This document shows, in pieces, positions 50,937 to 61,632 of a stretch of DNA of 64,000 bases. The translations under genes were made by a program, and so were the position numbers. This DNA comes from an uncultured candidate division Zixibacteria bacterium. GTDB taxonomy: Bacteria; Zixibacteria; MSB-5A5; GN15; PGXB01. Location of the stretch: the NCBI GenBank assembly GCA_963702205.1, contig OY969724.1:1600001-1664000 (forward strand). The letters are read 5' to 3'. Numbering within the stretch: the first letter of the stretch is position 1; every line of letters starts with the position of its first letter. Under the pieces are notes generated by a model. It did no database searches. It saw only the letters and a list, made by a program, of their open reading frames with translations, and was not told the origin of the DNA.

Positions 50937-51323
50937 ATGATGTTTATGAGAAAGAATTCATATTTCAAAATATTGGCATTCGGATTTGTAGGTGCTTTAA
51001 TTAGCGGCGTAACGTATATTATTTCACTTCAAGTATTTTTTGGTCTTGATCTATTGCTGTCACCAGCTGCAATAATAGTATTATTTACAACGTCACTAAT
51101 GGGTAGCTTGTTGTTTTCTGCCCCAGCTTATTGGAGTTTAAGACATAAAAATTTAAAAAAAGTATTGCCTTTAATGTATTTATCTGCAGTGATCATTCCT
51201 TCTGGTCTAAGCTTTATTGGCAGTGCTCGTGTCGCGTTACCATTAATATTTGTATATTGGGTAATAGCGCTAGTCGTTGCAAGACTATATGGTACCAATT
51301 TGAAAAATAACAAAACGGAATGA
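50937..51323 (+). CDS. Small multi-TM hypothetical protein (cargo between the two units)
   Basis: About four hydrophobic helices; AT-rich. Confidence 0.7.
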   Translation: MMFMRKNSYFKILAFGFVGALISGVTYIISLQVFFGLDLLLSPAAIIVLFTTSLMGSLLFSAPAYWSLRHKNLKKVLPLMYLSAVIIPSGLSFIGSARVALPLIFVYWVIALVVARLYGTNLKNNKTE

Positions 51324-51359
51324 TTTCTTTTTGCAAAATCAGTAAATAGCCTTATGACT

Positions 51360-51743
51360 GGGTGCCCCGACATTCTATGTCGGGTTTTTGAATCGATGAG
51401 TAACGCAGGGAGGATATCGAAACCGAGGCCTATGCAGTCTTTTGGACATTAAATTGGATCATATTGTACCCAAATTTTCTAACGGATTTCTAACGAAACT
51501 ACTTGATTCTACTTAACGGAACTCGACGGAACTTAACGCAACTTGACGCTACTTAACTATTGATATTCCAATTAATTCCGCCTATTTTATAGTATATCAA
51601 TGAGTTGCGGAAAATGGTTGTCGGCGAATCCCAGCCTCTCCGCTTTATTGTAGTGATCGGGCTGATGGTTGATGTTGACGTTGAAGATGCGTCGATGAAT
51701 ATGGCATTGTTTTAAGTAACCCATCCTGAAGGATGGGCCACCC
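51360..51743. repeat. 384-bp REP-bounded unit, copy 2
   Basis: Same length and colinear with copy 1, scattered substitutions; 24-nt perfect match to tRNA 3' end plus flank at 51625-51648. Confidence 0.92.
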
Positions 51744-51795
51744 GGCCAATCCTAATGATAATAATCAGGAATAATATTCAAAATAGAGGCAAATT

Positions 51796-52323
51796 ATGAA
51801 TGATAAACTTTATGATCAATTTCGTTATTTTGAGGCAAAAGAGGATTTGGACGGGCAAAAGAGTGTATTAAAAAGATTATTAAATAGAGAACCTGATCAT
51901 CATTTATGGCTTACAATACTATCATCAGTATATTATGAACTAAGGGATTATAAAACAGCGTTGAAATATAGTATACAAGCTTTGAAAATTGAACCGCATT
52001 GCCCTTTGGTTTTATGGGATTATGCTGGCGCTTTAGACATGTTGGGCAGAGAAAAAGAGGCCATAAAAATTTGGAAAAGGCTATTGGCCCGCGGGGAGGA
52101 AAACATTGCATACGGTGTTTGTGGGGAAGGTTTACGATGGTCAAGATCATTGTTGAACGATTGTAGATATAGGATTGCAGTAGCTTACCTTAGGTTAGGC
52201 AAAGAAAAGCTGGCCTCAAGATATTTTTCTGCACATTTAGAAAATAGAAAGCGAGGATTATACAGCCTTTACTCCAAAAAGGAGCTGCTAAAGCGTATGG
52301 CCATGATTCATTCTAATGCGTAA
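51796..52323 (+). CDS. Tetratricopeptide-repeat protein
   Basis: LSSVYYELRDYKTALKYSIQALKIEP; YAGALDMLGREKEAIKIW; GAGG RBS. Confidence 0.82.
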   Translation: MNDKLYDQFRYFEAKEDLDGQKSVLKRLLNREPDHHLWLTILSSVYYELRDYKTALKYSIQALKIEPHCPLVLWDYAGALDMLGREKEAIKIWKRLLARGEENIAYGVCGEGLRWSRSLLNDCRYRIAVAYLRLGKEKLASRYFSAHLENRKRGLYSLYSKKELLKRMAMIHSNA

Positions 52324-52440
52324 CAGACCCTTTTGGGCGTGAGAGATGGATTAAGGCGCTGATATATATGTTGAACATGGTAATGGGGGAATTCATCTAT
52401 ATCCCGATTCTTCCATTATGATTTTGACGGAAGAGAGCGC

Positions 52441-53347
52441 TTGTTTGAGATGGATTATGACAGCATTATACAACGTACCACACCCTGGAAGGGTGTGTTA
52501 CCGGTTGGAGACAGAGTATTATCCTCATATTTAGGCCCTCTTGACGCGCAGCTCTGTGGGAATTATATTTATGCCAACGGAGAAAGAGTGGCATTTGTGA
52601 AAGATACCTGCACAACTATAAGGTATTATTTGAATGACCATTTGGGTTCAGTCATGGCTACAGTATCTCCCGCGGGCAGCATGTGCGATAGATATCAATA
52701 TCTGCCCTGGGGTAAAATGCATTTAAGTCAGGTCTCGGCAAGCACGGTTGCAAGATATATGTATACCAGCCAGGAATATGAAACCGAATTAGGCTATGAT
52801 ATGTACTATTTTGGTGCAAGATATTATGATCCTGAGTTAAAAATATTTATGCAGGTTGATCCCCTGCATCAGAAGTCCCCGTCGTTAGGCCCTTATTTAT
52901 ATTGTGCCAATAATCCAATGAAATATGTAGATACTGATGGCAAAGAAACACAAATATATTCTACTCCTATAGGCACTAATGGTTTTAATTTGCCTTACAA
53001 GCATATATTTATAAGAGTTTACAATAAGGCTTTAGATTTAAATACTACTCGAGGCTATTATCCGCAGAACAGATTAGCGGGTACCTTAAACATATTAGGG
53101 CTCAACTTTAAAAGCGGCAATAAAGTCGTATTAAAGGTTGACGATCCTTCCGAACTTGGTGAAGTTAACAAATTGGAAAAGGGCGAAGAATCTAATGTAA
53201 CTTATGAAGCTACATTAAACCCACCCGATGGCATGACCGTAAATCAACATGATCAATTAATCATAGATGCCGCAGATAGTTATGACTTAAGTAATATAGA
53301 TTATGGGGCTAGTGCGGGTCCTAATAGTAACACCATAGTGGATGATG
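52441..53347 (+). pseudogene. Orphan RHS core + C-terminal toxin domain, truncated by IS3
   Basis: YYLNDHLGS, YFGARYYDP...VDP...YLYCANNPMKYVDTDG; variable tail ending GPNSNTIVDD at the IS end. Confidence 0.85.
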
Positions 53348-53373
53348 TGACCTTCCCCCCATTTGATGGACAC

Positions 53374-54267
53374 TCAGTTAAGACACGGTGATTGCTTCCG
53401 TGTCGGTTGTGGTCTGGCGGCGGATTCGTACTCGGCCGGGCTCACTGAACCCAGCGACGAATGCCGACGCTGACCGTTGTAAAACACCTCAATATACTCA
53501 AAGATCTTCGCCTTCGCTTCATCTCTGGTCACGAAGTTCTCGTGATGCACCAGCTCCTGCTTCAACGTGCCCCAGAACGACTCCATCGGTGCGTTGTCCC
53601 AGCAATCACCTCTCCGACTCATGCTGGTGATGGCCTGATGCTGACGAAGGAGCTTTTGATAGTCTCCGGCCGCATACTGCTTGCCCTGGTCGCTGTGGTG
53701 GATCAGCCCCGGACCCGGGCGATACCGCACCAGGGCCTGCCCAAGCGCGCTCAAGGTCAACTCAGCGTTGATCCGAGGACTCATGGCACAGCCGACCACC
53801 CGACGGGTGTACAGATCCAGCACGCCGGCCAGATACAGCCAGCCCTCGGTCGTCGGGATATACGTGATATCAGCTAGCCACACCCGGTTCGGACTGGCAG
53901 CGGTAAAGTCGCGGCTCAACAGATTCGGCGCCACCGGCAACTTGTGCTTCGAATCCGTCGTTGCCTTGAACTTTTTTACCGCCTTTGGCCGTATCCCATG
54001 CAGACGCATGAGCCTGGCCACTCGCTTCTCGTTACAGACATGTCCCTGATCGTGCAACTCATCGGTCACACGAGGCGAACCGTAGGTCCGACGACTCCTC
54101 AGGTACGCCTGCCGGATCAGCGGCAGCAACTGCCGATTCTGCATCGACCGCGCACTCTCCGGTCGGACCAGCCAGGCATAGTAGCCGCTCCGTGAGACAC
54201 TCAGCACCCGGCTCATCAACGTAAGTCGAAACTGTGACGCATGGTCCCGCATAAAGGCATATCTCAC
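53374..54267 (-). CDS. IS3 OrfB (DDE integrase core)
   Basis: YGSPRV, WLADITYI, HHSDQGKQY, CWDNAPMESF. Confidence 0.95.
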   Translation of the reverse strand: MRYAFMRDHASQFRLTLMSRVLSVSRSGYYAWLVRPESARSMQNRQLLPLIRQAYLRSRRTYGSPRVTDELHDQGHVCNEKRVARLMRLHGIRPKAVKKFKATTDSKHKLPVAPNLLSRDFTAASPNRVWLADITYIPTTEGWLYLAGVLDLYTRRVVGCAMSPRINAELTLSALGQALVRYRPGPGLIHHSDQGKQYAAGDYQKLLRQHQAITSMSRRGDCWDNAPMESFWGTLKQELVHHENFVTRDEAKAKIFEYIEVFYNGQRRHSSLGSVSPAEYESAARPQPTRKQSPCLN

Positions 54268-54567
54268 TTCGACCGGCGACTGAAGACGGCCAGCGCTTTT
54301 TTTAAAATGTCCCGCTCCTCCGTCACATCGGCCAATTGCCGCTGCAACCGACGCAGTTCTTCCTGCTCCGGACTCAGGTGACCCTTACCCGGAAACGCCG
54401 CCTCGCCCTCCTGGGCAAACTGGCTGCGCCACCGATGCAGCATGTTCTCGCTGATTCCCAGATCACGGGCCACCCCGGCCACTGTCCGGCCCGCCTCACG
54501 GCTCAGCCGGTACTGCTTCCAACTTGAACTCCCGGTCGTACTTCCGTCGATTCGATCCTGATGACAT
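54264..54567 (-). CDS. IS3 OrfA (HTH), with a +1 frameshift near 54510
   Basis: GGAGG RBS, MSSGSNRRKYDREFKLEAV / RLSREAGRTVAGVARDLGI...ERDILKKA. Confidence 0.85.
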
Positions 54568-54634
54568 CTGAACACCTCCGGATAGTAACATAACCCTATC
54601 CTTTCGATCTGTCCACTAATCCGGGGGAAGGTCA

Positions 54635-55122
54635 TAATATGATTTGGATAAATCGCCCACTCTATTATATCTTAATCTTGTCCTATCCCATACTAATGTA
54701 TCATTGGGGATGGAAAGTGGGAACACTTTATTCAATGAATAAATATTATAATAATCGAGTATGCCGCAAAGACTCTCAGAATTAATATAAATACTATCCA
54801 TTTGTGATTCTTCGGTAACAGCGGTCATTACGCCGTTTATTCGTATGCTATCGACCTTCAAATCGTATATAAATCTATATGCGGGATATATATTTTTGCA
54901 ATTATTGCAGGCACTCGTATCAAAAACAACTTCGGAAACTCCAGGACGAAAATACATGGAATCGTGTTCTGCGCTAAAAAATGCCCTGCCCAAAACACGG
55001 CCATACTCATCAGCGATTGAGACATTATTGTTCAATATTAAAACGAACAAAATAAATCCCAATAGCGACACAAATGTACGCGAGACATATAATTTCGTAT
55101 AGTCCATTGCGACCTCCACCAT
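54635..55122 (-). pseudogene. Secreted hypothetical protein, 3'-truncated by IS3
   Basis: Signal-like N-terminus; frame runs into the IS terminal repeat. Confidence 0.6.
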
Positions 55123-55233
55123 TAAATACAGATTGTTACTGCTTCCATACTAATGGAAATACGTGTAGATGACACTTATACGATTCTTATTACCACACAA
55201 TCCCTCCCCCCCTTAAAAAGGTTAATAGTCGAC

Positions 55234-57569
55234 CTATTTCATAAGAATCATCTTTTTTGATAATTGATGGAATTCGACCTTTAAATTATAGAGATATACA
55301 CCAGATGACATAGGTGTGCCGCTGTCGTCTGTACCGTTCCATTCATAATTATAGACTCCAGCTGGCAATATGCTATTAACCACCGTATTCACTTTTTGGC
55401 CTAATATATTGAATATTTCAAGGCACACATTTTGTCTGCAATCAAGGACAAAAGAAATATTGGTCACGACGTTAAATGGATTGGGAAAGTTTTGATACAA
55501 TGTCACGGATTCCGGTAAGATTGATTCGTCTTCTTCCTCCAATCCGGTCGGAAGCTGATTATTCAATCGTATAAGGCCATAGAAGTCTGCGATTAATAAT
55601 AAATTCCCGGAAATTGCAAGATCCCAAGCATATCCTGGCGTATTATATGTGGCCGCACGATACGGGTCGCTTGTATCGGATATATTGATTGCCGAAATAC
55701 CATCCGTACTATTAGTAAGGTATACAAAATCACCTGATACTTCGATATCTTGAGATTCTCCCGATCCTGAATATAAGCCCGCAAAAGTGGGGTTGGCTGG
55801 ATCCGAAATATTGACTATCTCAAATTCCCCGCCTCCACCCGTCAAGTATACAAAATCTCCTTGAATTACTAGGTCGTTATATAACGCCGGACCGCCCATG
55901 TACGAATATGATGTGACAAATTGTGGATCAGATGGGGTGGATATGTCAAGCACAATCATGCCAGCAAAACGAGCCGCGATTAGGACAAAATCGTTACTTA
56001 CTGCCGTCCTTAATAACGCGTCCGGGCCCTGGTAGCATGCAATCAAATTGGGTTCATCAGGCTTATATATATCGAATATATATAAGTCGTAGGACGACAC
56101 GAAGGCGAGATTACCTTGAATCGTAATCCCAGTTGTTAACCAGGGGAGATCAATTTTACTCTCAATAAAAATATTATTATTATTTTCAATATTTGCTACG
56201 ATCAATCCATCATAACAATCCGTCGCAAACAAATGACCCCCCGAAATAGCCATATCGCCCAATCCACGATAGGGCAACTGGAGATCAGATATATAAAAAA
56301 TACTATCAGGCGAAGATATATTTACAACGGCAATTCCTCCCGGGGTCGGCAACCATTCAAAGCCGCCATAAGCAACGTAGGCAATACTGTCACGGATAGC
56401 CACGGAGGTGACGACGCTTGGCAGCGATATAATAGAGATTAACTGAGGATAGGTTTTAATTGATATATCTACCAATAATAAATCACCTGGTTTTGATCCC
56501 AATGGAGGCGTAGCATTATTGTTTCCATAGGCACCATTAGAATCACACATATAAACTGGACTTTCCTCCTGAATCCAATCGACATCATCGAATAAAAGAA
56601 CAAGATCGTTGCCAATATCAAAAATGCCGCTCCTGCCTTGCGTATAGCAACAGCCAACCAATACAGGGTTATTTGGCTGTTCAATGTCGTATATTAGTAA
56701 TCCGGACTCCCGGCATTTATGTACACATATTTATTGTCTGATTTTATATGGGTACATGCACCCATAATGCGGATAGAATCTTCTATAAACATCGAAGTGG
56801 GATCGGACTTATTTATGACCAATAACCACGAATTAAGATACGGAGTCATGCAAGACCCATCGGCAATATAAATATAATCGCCTTCGACAGTGATGTCGTT
56901 AGCACATTCGGGCGTTTCAATATGCCCGATTTCCTTCGGCGAGTCAGGATCGGCAATATCAACTAACCACAAATCGTAATGATTGGTGACATACGCTGTA
57001 TCATTTAATACTCTTAAATTCGTTATTCCATAATTAAAATCAAAAAGACCTTTCAGAATTGGATGAAAAGGATCGGAGACATCAATAATTTGCATTTGGC
57101 TCAATTCGATTAGTAGCCAATTTGTAATACATAATTTATCGCCATCGATTGAAATTTCTCGTGGCGGATATGGCAGATCAATTTCGCCGACCAATCTGGG
57201 TCCGAGATAATCACCTATATTATATATAAGGATTGAACTATCGCAGACTGCATATAGTAGAGTATCCAGAACTTCGATTTTCCCGAATGGGAGGTTATCC
57301 GTCTTTATCTTATTAATCACTTGAGGATTGTCGGGGTTGGAAATATCGTAAATTATGATGCCGAATGGCATGGAGCAAAAAGCCAAACTGCCGCGAATTT
57401 CTATATCCTTCACCTCATTCCATAATGCACTTCCGGAATATTCAAAAGGAACGTCATTGCTATTTATTGGCCCGGATAAATACAAGGAATTGTCTCCGGT
57501 TGCGGTAGGCGAAACTGGCAACGAGAAAATAAGAAAGCAAGACAGAATGTATGCTACCTTACAGGACAT
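55234..57569 (-). CDS. LVIVD-repeat secreted protein with FlgD-Ig/T9SS-like C-terminal domain; one frameshift near 56705
   Basis: Repeats such as GIIIYDISNPDNP, GMIVLDISTPSDP; LYQNFPNPFN...IFNILGQKV...WNGTD...SSGVYLY...KKMILMK. Confidence 0.85.
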
Positions 57570-57896
57570 TACCCCCTATCCTTTTTTTAGATGCCTAAAA
57601 TATATAAAATTTGGCGTGTTTGTCAATAAATATATCGGGGGAAATTTTATAACATTTTGAAATCTGCTAATTCGGATATCTCGAATTAAATTGAATCATC
57701 AATTGCTGTGTTGTTAAGTGTTATTCGCGCTTTATTTTCTGTCCGTTTCCATTTCCATTTCCTATTATTCCATATAATTACACCATCTTTATACCTAGCA
57801 ACAACTTAAACCAGAATCCGTCCTTATAAATGGAATTTGTTAAATCCCTGCTCCAATATATTCCGAGTATTTGCAATATTCATTTTCAAAAACCAA

Positions 57897-57943
57897 CCCC
57901 GCGCGAAGCGCGGGGAAATATCAATCCTCCACGCGAAGCGTGG
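57897..57943. repeat. Two GCGAAGC-loop hairpins
   Basis: CCCCGCGCGAAGCGCGGGG and CCACGCGAAGCGTGG. Confidence 0.7.
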
Positions 57944-57956
57944 CTATTCTTTCTAT

Positions 57957-58358
57957 TCATCCAGAATCCTTATTTATTAAACCATCCAACTCCGGTAAAA
58001 TAAGGCCAAACTTCTCTCCGGAAATTCCCTCCAAAATTCTTGCCATTTGCTCCTGCTGTTGTAATAACGACAAAAGCAAAGCCAGAACGCCTTTCCACGA
58101 TTTGAGTAATTCAAATTCATTTTTCAATTCCTCTAATTTACTCTGCAATTCATAATTCGTTTCTCTTTCGAAACTTAGGTCCTCTTTCAACTTCAGGTTT
58201 TCTCGGTTATAGGCTGCAACCTCATCAGATTTGACTGAAATTGCCGTTTCTTCTTCGAGAATACCCTCTCGATCCAAATACCGATTAACTTCCTTACTGG
58301 CCATAGTCCAGCCATAGCGATAACACAGCTTATAAGGCGATTTCAATCGGTTGGCGCC
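57957..58358 (-). pseudogene. C-terminal fragment of a probable tyrosine recombinase
   Basis: ANRLKSPYKLCYRYGWTMASKEVNRY resembles the box II end (GW...Y) followed by a coiled coil; begins at the REP. Confidence 0.5.
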
Positions 58359-58384
58359 GGGGTGGCCCGACATTCTATGTCGGG
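58359..58384. repeat. REP-like hairpin GGGGTGGCCCGACATTCTATGTCGGG
   Basis: Same family; marks the accessory/core boundary. Confidence 0.88.
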
Positions 58385-58398
58385 ATTTCGGTCTTTAT

Positions 58399-60768
58399 CT
58401 ATTCATACCTCAAGGCTTCGGCTGGGCTCATGCGGGAGGCGCGGATTGCCTGCACCAGCACAGTAAGTATGGCTATTGTAATCACTAAGGCCAGGGTCGC
58501 CCCGAAAACCTGCCATCCCACCCCGGTGCGATACGCGAAATTCCGCAACCAGCGGGTGGCAACATAGTACGCGACCGGTGAAGCCACGATGATCGCCAGC
58601 AGGACCCACGTCGTAAACTGGCGAATGAGCAGTACCGCCAACTGCCACGGGCTGGCCCCAAGGACTTTGCGTACACCCAGCTCCTTGATGCGCTGCTCCG
58701 CCGAAAACGACGCCAGGCCAAACAAACCCAAAGACGCAACCAGAATCGCGGCCCCGGTCAGATAGGTCAGTATTTTGGACAGGCGTTTTTCGCTGGAATA
58801 CAACCTCTCCAGCGTTTCATCGAAGAAGCGGTAATTTATGGGATAATCGGGCGATATCTGATGCCAGACGCTCTCGATGTGATCAAGACTCCCCTTGATG
58901 TTATTCGGCCCCAGGCGAGCGATCACGGTTGCGCACCAGCTGCGCTCGATTCTCATGACAAGCGGACCGATTGGCTGGCGAAGGGAGCGGAAATTGAAAT
59001 CTTTTACGACACCGATAATTCGGCCGGTCGCGGGGCGGCTCCACACGTGCAGCGGCTGGCCAACCGGATTGTCGAACCCGAATTCTTTCGCGGCGGATTC
59101 ATTGATCAGATATGACTCGGTCTCGTCGGTCGGACGTTCGCGGGAAAAATTTCGACCTTCGATGACCTTTATATCGAAAGTCGGAACGAAGTCCTCATCG
59201 ACAACCAGTGAATTTATATTGGACGTGTCGGGCTTGTCCGTGCCTTCGCCGATCATATACGTCTGCGACGTGTACAGATATCCCGGCAGGGCCGCCGCCC
59301 GGGTGACGCTTTGAATATCGGGATCGGTCAAAAGCTGCTGGCGAAAAGTGTCATAAGAGTCCATGACTTTTTTATCCATGTGGAAGTACACGATACTGTC
59401 GCGACGAAAACCGGGGTCAGCCGTACTCATGTAATGAAATTGTCGCAGCACGACCAGGGTGCCGATCATAAGTACGGTCGTGATGGCGTACTGGGCGAAG
59501 ATAAGTACACGGCGCGTAATAATACCCTGTCGACCGGCCTGGAAACGTCCTTTGAGCACGTCGATCGGTTTGAAGTAAGACAAATAAGCCGCCGGATATA
59601 TACCGCCCAGAAATCCCGCCAGGGCGCTCAGGCCCAGCGCGATCAGGAGCGTGGTCGGCTGAAGCAGGTCAAGATGCCGGTTGACGTACTGATCGAAAAG
59701 GGGCAGCATGAGTTCCGCGAAAGCGACGGCCAGTGGCAGGGCCAGCAGGCTCATCAGAATCGATTCACCGATAAATTGCAGTATCAGGCGGCTGCGCACG
59801 GTCCCGAGGACTTTGCGCAGGCCCACCTCGCGGGCCCGGCGCAAACTGCGGGCGGTGGAGAGGTTCATGAAATTGGCACAGGCGATAAATAAGATTATCA
59901 GCGCTATCGTGCCGAGCATGACGAGGTACCGTTTATCGATTGTTACCGCGGGATCATCGGTCACATTGGCGGACAGATGGATGTCCCGGATTGGCTGCAA
60001 CAATACGTGGACGACGTTTCTTTCTTCCTTGCCGATATGCTTTTCGACCCAATCCGGGAGACGAGTTTCGAGCGATTTGACATCGGTCCCGGGCGCGAGG
60101 AGAACGTACGTTTGATAGTTCCAGTTGACGAAATCGGACAGCCCGTCTTTATCCAGATAAAGTCCGACCAGACCCTCGAATGGCGCAACATAGCTGAACG
60201 TCAGGTGCGAATTCCCGGGCACGTCCTCGGCCACGCCGGTTACAGTGAAATTGTGGTAGTCGCTGGGGATGACTTTGCCGACGGGGTCTTCATCACCGAA
60301 TATTTTTTTGGCCGCAGATTCGGTCAGCACAAGTGAATTCGGGTCCTCCAGGGCGGTGGCCGGGTCGCCTTTCAACAGGTGGAAGCTGAAGGCGTTGAAA
60401 AAACCGGAGTCGGTCCATAAGAACTCGTCCGGGATCAATTGCTGGCCCTTGTAACGCAATATGGGGCTCGCATAATTCGCCAGCCGAATGACCGATTGTA
60501 TTTCAGGAAACTCCGCCGACAAAGTGCCGTAGATTCCGGCCGGTGTGTTGGTGCCTATCTTTCCGCCGGCTTGCCGGCTGTCGATGAGTATGCGATACAG
60601 CCGGTCGCCATTTTGATGGAAATTGTCGAAGCTGTACTCATAGCCGATGAACGCAACGATCACGAGACAACACGCCAAACCGTGCGCCAGTCCGCCGATA
60701 TTGAGGAGTGAATATATCTTGTTCCGCAGAAGATTACGGAAGGCTACTTTAAGGTAATTTCTGAACAT
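58399..60768 (-). CDS. ABC transporter permease (MacB/FtsX type, duplicated)
   Basis: MFRNYLKVAFRNL; IACANFMNL...REVGLRKVLG; KELGVRKVLGA; PAEALRYE. Confidence 0.95.
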   Translation of the reverse strand: MFRNYLKVAFRNLLRNKIYSLLNIGGLAHGLACCLVIVAFIGYEYSFDNFHQNGDRLYRILIDSRQAGGKIGTNTPAGIYGTLSAEFPEIQSVIRLANYASPILRYKGQQLIPDEFLWTDSGFFNAFSFHLLKGDPATALEDPNSLVLTESAAKKIFGDEDPVGKVIPSDYHNFTVTGVAEDVPGNSHLTFSYVAPFEGLVGLYLDKDGLSDFVNWNYQTYVLLAPGTDVKSLETRLPDWVEKHIGKEERNVVHVLLQPIRDIHLSANVTDDPAVTIDKRYLVMLGTIALIILFIACANFMNLSTARSLRRAREVGLRKVLGTVRSRLILQFIGESILMSLLALPLAVAFAELMLPLFDQYVNRHLDLLQPTTLLIALGLSALAGFLGGIYPAAYLSYFKPIDVLKGRFQAGRQGIITRRVLIFAQYAITTVLMIGTLVVLRQFHYMSTADPGFRRDSIVYFHMDKKVMDSYDTFRQQLLTDPDIQSVTRAAALPGYLYTSQTYMIGEGTDKPDTSNINSLVVDEDFVPTFDIKVIEGRNFSRERPTDETESYLINESAAKEFGFDNPVGQPLHVWSRPATGRIIGVVKDFNFRSLRQPIGPLVMRIERSWCATVIARLGPNNIKGSLDHIESVWHQISPDYPINYRFFDETLERLYSSEKRLSKILTYLTGAAILVASLGLFGLASFSAEQRIKELGVRKVLGASPWQLAVLLIRQFTTWVLLAIIVASPVAYYVATRWLRNFAYRTGVGWQVFGATLALVITIAILTVLVQAIRASRMSPAEALRYE

Positions 60769-60779
60769 ATTTGTTCCCT

Positions 60780-61340
60780 TCACTCATGTCTGAGAATCGT
60801 AACGGGATTGGTGATGACCGCCCTCGCCACTCCGACCAGTTGCTGCTGCCCGCCGAATAGCTGTGCAGGAAAGAGATCCTTTTTGCCGACTATCTGAAAA
60901 CGGTCGAGCGTGTCGCCAACCAGGGCCTTACGCTCGCTTCGGGCAACACCTTTATAGAGCAACGGGGTTTCGAGATTTTCGTAGACGGTCAGATCATCGA
61001 GCAGATGATAGCTCTGAAAAACAAAGCCAATCGACCGTTTGTGAATTGCGATGCAATCCTTTTCTTTGAGTCGCGTCACATCCCGCTCCAGAAAATGGTA
61101 CGCTCCTTCGTCGGCTCGATCGAGCATGCCCAGAATGTGCAGCAGGGTTGATTTGCCCGCACCAGAGGGCCCCATAATCGATACGAATTCGCCCTTCCGA
61201 ATGTCGAGGCTGATGCCGTTGAGTACAAACGCCCGACCTGCTCCGGAATCATAGTATCTGTATATTCTCTCAAGTCGCATGATTGAACCATCGGCTGTTG
61301 GACGACTTGTGTTTTCAGGATGTGATTTGGTTGCGAACAT
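60780..61340 (-). pseudogene. Truncated ABC ATPase fused to a permease-like C-terminus
   Basis: GPSGAGKST, FQSYHL, LFGGQQQ, then NPVTILRHE*; no Walker B or H-loop. Confidence 0.85.
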
Positions 61341-61361
61341 TTGTTTCCCTTCAATAATATC

Positions 61362-61544
61362 TTATTCGTATCGAAGCGAATCCGTCGGTTTGGCGGATGC
61401 GGCGATTGCGGCCTGAACCGCGATGCCCGCGAAAGCCACCAGCCGGCAGCCGATTCCCGGCGCCAGGCTGCCGATGATTATTCCGGCGTAGGCTTTATCG
61501 CGAATTAATTTTCGAAATGAAGCGATAAGACAGCTTTTTAACAT
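61362..61544 (-). pseudogene. Internally deleted permease relic (60 aa)
   Basis: Permease start MLKSCL...FRKLIRDK.Y joined to permease end QA..A.A.P.DSLRYE. Confidence 0.75.
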
Positions 61545-61632
61545 GCTTTTTATCCATCCTATAGCTTTGTGCCGTATCAGACACACACGTTCTCAAATGC
61601 ACCAATTATGCTAATCCCATGGTCTTTCTTGT

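Larger units (their letters stand above)
53348..54634 (-). mobile_element. IS3-family insertion sequence, 1287 bp, no TSD
   Basis: TG...CA ends with 26-bp imperfect IR TGACCTTCCCCC...TGGACA; orfA/orfB; A7G slippery site at 54296-54303. Confidence 0.95.

Noticed and set aside
50531..51743. Classical integron cassette array
   Set aside because: No IntI gene and no RYYYAAC/GTTRRRY-bounded attC structure; boundaries are REP tails.
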